DNA of 26,960 nt from a virus (taxonomy: Duplodnaviria > Caudoviricetes). The position numbers and the translations under genes are program-made. A model generated the notes under the pieces. It had not been told where the DNA came from. It was given only the letters and a program-made list of their open reading frames with translations, and ran no database searches. Numbering within the stretch: position 1 is the first letter of the stretch; every line of letters begins with the position of its first letter. Below are positions 24,425 to 26,960 of the stretch, piece after piece. The DNA is taken from IMG/VR virus record IMGVR_UViG_3300046717_000179, positions 1 to 26,960 of that record, one strand, 5' to 3'.

Positions 24425-24852
24425 AATGGTCCGACCCAGAGCCGTTGGCGGCACTGCGCAAGCTGGCGGGGCGCGGCTGGCCCGCGTCCGATATCGGGCT
24501 CGAGCTCGGCGTCACCAAGAACGCGATCATCGGCGCGGCGCGCCGCAACGGTATCCCACTGACTCAGGCCACGCATGGCCCGCCACGCCCCAGAAACAGG
24601 CCAAGGAAGCGCCGAAAAATGCCCGCTGTCCCACAGCCCGCCACCCAGGAATACGTCCCACAGCGCGCCCCTGAGCCGCCGTGGCCGTGCTCGCTGATGG
24701 AGCTCACCGACTTCAGTTGCCGTTTCCCGATCGGCGATGTCGGCAGCCCGGAATTTCATTTCTGCGGCGCGCACGAGGCGGATGTCTACCGCGGCAAGCC
24801 CTATTGCCGTCGCCACGCCAGTCTCGCCTATCACCGGAGGGCGGGCGCGTGA
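24421..24852 (+). CDS. gcrA: GcrA-family cell-cycle regulator homolog
   Basis: GTG start in GTGA overlap; W...LGVTKNAIIGAARR N-domain; SLMELTDFSCRFPIGD...FHFCG...PYCRRHASLAY C-domain. Confidence 0.9.
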   Translation: MKWSDPEPLAALRKLAGRGWPASDIGLELGVTKNAIIGAARRNGIPLTQATHGPPRPRNRPRKRRKMPAVPQPATQEYVPQRAPEPPWPCSLMELTDFSCRFPIGDVGSPEFHFCGAHEADVYRGKPYCRRHASLAYHRRAGA

Positions 24853-25352
24853 ACCTGCGTTGGTACCCTTGGCACATCGATGATTACGCGCATGACACGC
24901 GGCACCTGACCCTTGCCGAGCACGGTGCCTACAGGCTGTTGATCGACTGTTACATGCTGCAACGGGAACCGTTACCCGACAATGATCGGGCACTTGCCCG
25001 GATCGTTGGTGCCGGCCTCGACGAATGGATGGCCGTTGCCACAAATGTGCGGGCGTTTTTCCGGGCACGAGACGGAGTCTTAATCCACAAAAGGTGTGAA
25101 CAAGAATTACGCGCCCAGAAATTGAAAATTCAAAAACGGTCCGAAAGGGCAAAAAAGGGGGCCTTCGCAAAATACAGTAAACTCAATGGGTTAAATAGCA
25201 TAAGCAAGGCATATGCAGAGCATATGTCTGCTACACTTAACAAAGAGACTATTACTACTACTGAGCAAGGTGCTGAGAAGCGGCCTTCGAAAAAGGAATT
25301 CTGGATAACACCGAGCCTCGAAGCCAACGTCAAGGCGAGGAGGTGGGCGTGA
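24849..25352 (+). CDS. DUF1376 / YdaU-family replication-initiator-like protein
   Basis: WYPWHIDDYAHDTRHLTLAEHGAYRLLIDCY...LPDNDRALARI...HKRCEQEL; GTGA coupling. Confidence 0.85.
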   Translation: MNLRWYPWHIDDYAHDTRHLTLAEHGAYRLLIDCYMLQREPLPDNDRALARIVGAGLDEWMAVATNVRAFFRARDGVLIHKRCEQELRAQKLKIQKRSERAKKGAFAKYSKLNGLNSISKAYAEHMSATLNKETITTTEQGAEKRPSKKEFWITPSLEANVKARRWA

Positions 25353-26960
25353 GACGGCGCTCTTTCAACCAAACAGAACGGAACGAGATCTATCGCCTTG
25401 CGGGTGGGTGCTGCCAAAAATGTGGCAAGCCGCTGGGATTTGATTGGCATGCGGATCACGAAATTCCCTTCGATGAAGGGGGCACTACGTCCATCGAAAA
25501 TGGTCGCGCAAAATGTCCAACCTGCAACTTGCGAAAGGGTAAGCGAATGCCAGACCAGTTTGAGCCGCGTCAGTTTCAGCGTGATCTCTGTAATACGGTG
25601 ATTGATCGAACTATGGCTGGAGAACAAATTACCGTCGCCCTCATCGCTGCTGGGTCTGGCAAGACATTCGGGTGGCTGCATGCGGCGAACGAGGCCTATA
25701 GGCGAAAACTGATCGACAAGGTGATGGTCATCGTTCCGCGTCTTACGTTGCGCGAACAGGGCGACAAAGATTGCAATACGTACCGCGGTCTATGCAGCCC
25801 GCCGATGATCGGGCCGATTATCGAGCGTAACAATGTGCGTCCACTGATCCAAAAAGATAAGGACGGCTATATCACTACATATCAATCATTGGTCACGAGT
25901 GGTCCCGATGGTGGACGTGCGCTCCACCTTGAATTTGCTCGCGAGCATAAGGGGCGTTTTCTCCTCGTGCTTGACGAAGCGCAGTTCATTGGAATCGACG
26001 ACGACGAGGGCGGCGGCACCAAGGCGTCTGGTGTCATTGAGGAAATGGCCCCATATGCCAAACATACGATCGTCATGACGGCAACGGCGGAGCGTTCTGA
26101 TCGGTGCGGCCTCGCTCTCGTCGAATATGGAGAGGTGAACGAAAAAGGAGAACGTCCGCTGCAATGGCATGTGCGTGCCTCTTATACGGAAGGCGTTGCT
26201 CTCGGATATCTGCGCCCCTGCGAGTTTCATCTCAACAATGGCGACGGACATTTCACCAACAATGAGGCGTTCAAGCTCGAAGAATTGGAGAAGAGACTTA
26301 GCCCGGTTATTCGCACTTCCACCATTTGGCAACCGATTGTTGACCAGACGATCAATGAGTTCCGTATTCGTCGAAAATTGTCGCCGCATTATCGTTGCCT
26401 TTTTGCCGCGATTGATCAACGGCACGCAGGTGAAGTCCACCAATATCTGAAAAATCGGTATCCCGAATTCCAGACGGTCATCGCCATTTCTGATGACCCT
26501 AGCTCCAAGAAAATTCTCGCTGCGTTTCGGCCGCGGGAAAAAGACGGAAGCAATTCTGGCGACATTCTGGTCAGCGTCGGAATGGCATATATCGGATTTG
26601 ATTGTCCGCCGATCAGTGTCATCGGAAACTTATCGAATCGGCGCTGGCCTGGATGGTTGGAGCAACTCGTGATGCGTGGCGGTCGGATGTGGGGTGCTCG
26701 CCCGGAAGAAGAGCAGCGTCTGGTTGTTATCGCTCCAAATGATCCATTGATGGCTCAGTTTGCCGAACGGTTCCGCAAGGATTCGGAAGCCGGGTTGCGC
26801 GAGAGGAAAAAACGCGGTCCTGTTGGGCCTCCTGTTGATGATCCGGATTATGTCGGAGTTTCCGATGCACAGATCACTGATCAGGTGTCAGTTGGCCTTA
26901 CATCTGATCAAGATCTAGCAGCGGATGAATATGCTGGCTTGCAGGGATTGCGGAGTCAAC
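25349..26960 (+). CDS. HNH endonuclease fused to SF2 (DExx, ResIII-like) helicase; truncated by window end
   Basis: Hand translation, open for 537 codons: CQKC...ADHEIPFDEGGTTSIENGRAKCPTCNLRKG; PRQFQ; AAGSGKT; LVLDEAQ; MTAT; VSVGMAYIGFDCP; EQLVMRGGR. SD GAGGAGG, GTGA overlap. Confidence 0.9.
   Translation, partial: MRRRSFNQTERNEIYRLAGGCCQKCGKPLGFDWHADHEIPFDEGGTTSIENGRAKCPTCNLRKGKRMPDQFEPRQFQRDLCNTVIDRTMAGEQITVALIAAGSGKTFGWLHAANEAYRRKLIDKVMVIVPRLTLREQGDKDCNTYRGLCSPPMIGPIIERNNVRPLIQKDKDGYITTYQSLVTSGPDGGRALHLEFAREHKGRFLLVLDEAQFIGIDDDEGGGTKASGVIEEMAPYAKHTIVMTATAERSDRCGLALVEYGEVNEKGERPLQWHVRASYTEGVALGYLRPCEFHLNNGDGHFTNNEAFKLEELEKRLSPVIRTSTIWQPIVDQTINEFRIRRKLSPHYRCLFAAIDQRHAGEVHQYLKNRYPEFQTVIAISDDPSSKKILAAFRPREKDGSNSGDILVSVGMAYIGFDCPPISVIGNLSNRRWPGWLEQLVMRGGRMWGARPEEEQRLVVIAPNDPLMAQFAERFRKDSEAGLRERKKRGPVGPPVDDPDYVGVSDAQITDQVSVGLTSDQDLAADEYAGLQGLRSQ

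Larger units (their letters stand above)
1..26960. mobile_element. Temperate P22-like podophage of Alphaproteobacteria (partial genome)
   Basis: Continuous phage gene order: head, short tail, lysis, int/xis, recombination, immunity switch, replication; no host housekeeping genes. Confidence 0.92.

Noticed and set aside
25882-26622. Track ORFs on the minus strand and alternate frames here
   Set aside because: All overlap the uninterrupted HNH-helicase frame starting at 25349.
1-26960. tRNA, rRNA, CRISPR array, IS element, tape-measure gene
   Set aside because: None recognised by eye; tRNAscan-SE and a CRISPR finder would be needed to exclude them formally.

Overview
The whole window is temperate phage sequence, inferred to infect an Alphaproteobacterium (probably Hyphomicrobiales/Bradyrhizobium-like, from the GcrA homolog, the VPGPxxGAGLPG sorting motif and high GC). 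Left arm (+, 1-15211): P22-like podoviral morphogenesis module with scaffold, major capsid, adaptor, gp10-like hub, three ejection-type proteins, tail-fibre/accessory genes and an amidase endolysin. Middle (-, 15031-23774): accessory genes, candidate attP, tyrosine integrase, excisionase, DUF968, HNH, DUF1367, a PEP-CTERM-like surface protein, YqaJ exonuclease, ERF annealase and a cI-like repressor. Right (+, 23882-end): Cro, a stand-alone DnaA domain IV, GcrA, a DUF1376 replication protein and an HNH-SF2 helicase fusion that the ORF track misses because it runs off the window. Phage genes flank the integrase on both sides, so this looks like the non-integrated form. The most unusual signals are (1) four late-operon genes with Sec-type signal peptides, three with paired cysteines, (2) two stacked divergent alleles of one of them, separated by a 33-aa chimeric ORF that records the capture junction, and (3) the HNH-helicase fusion. 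Family names come from motif recognition and synteny, not database searches.
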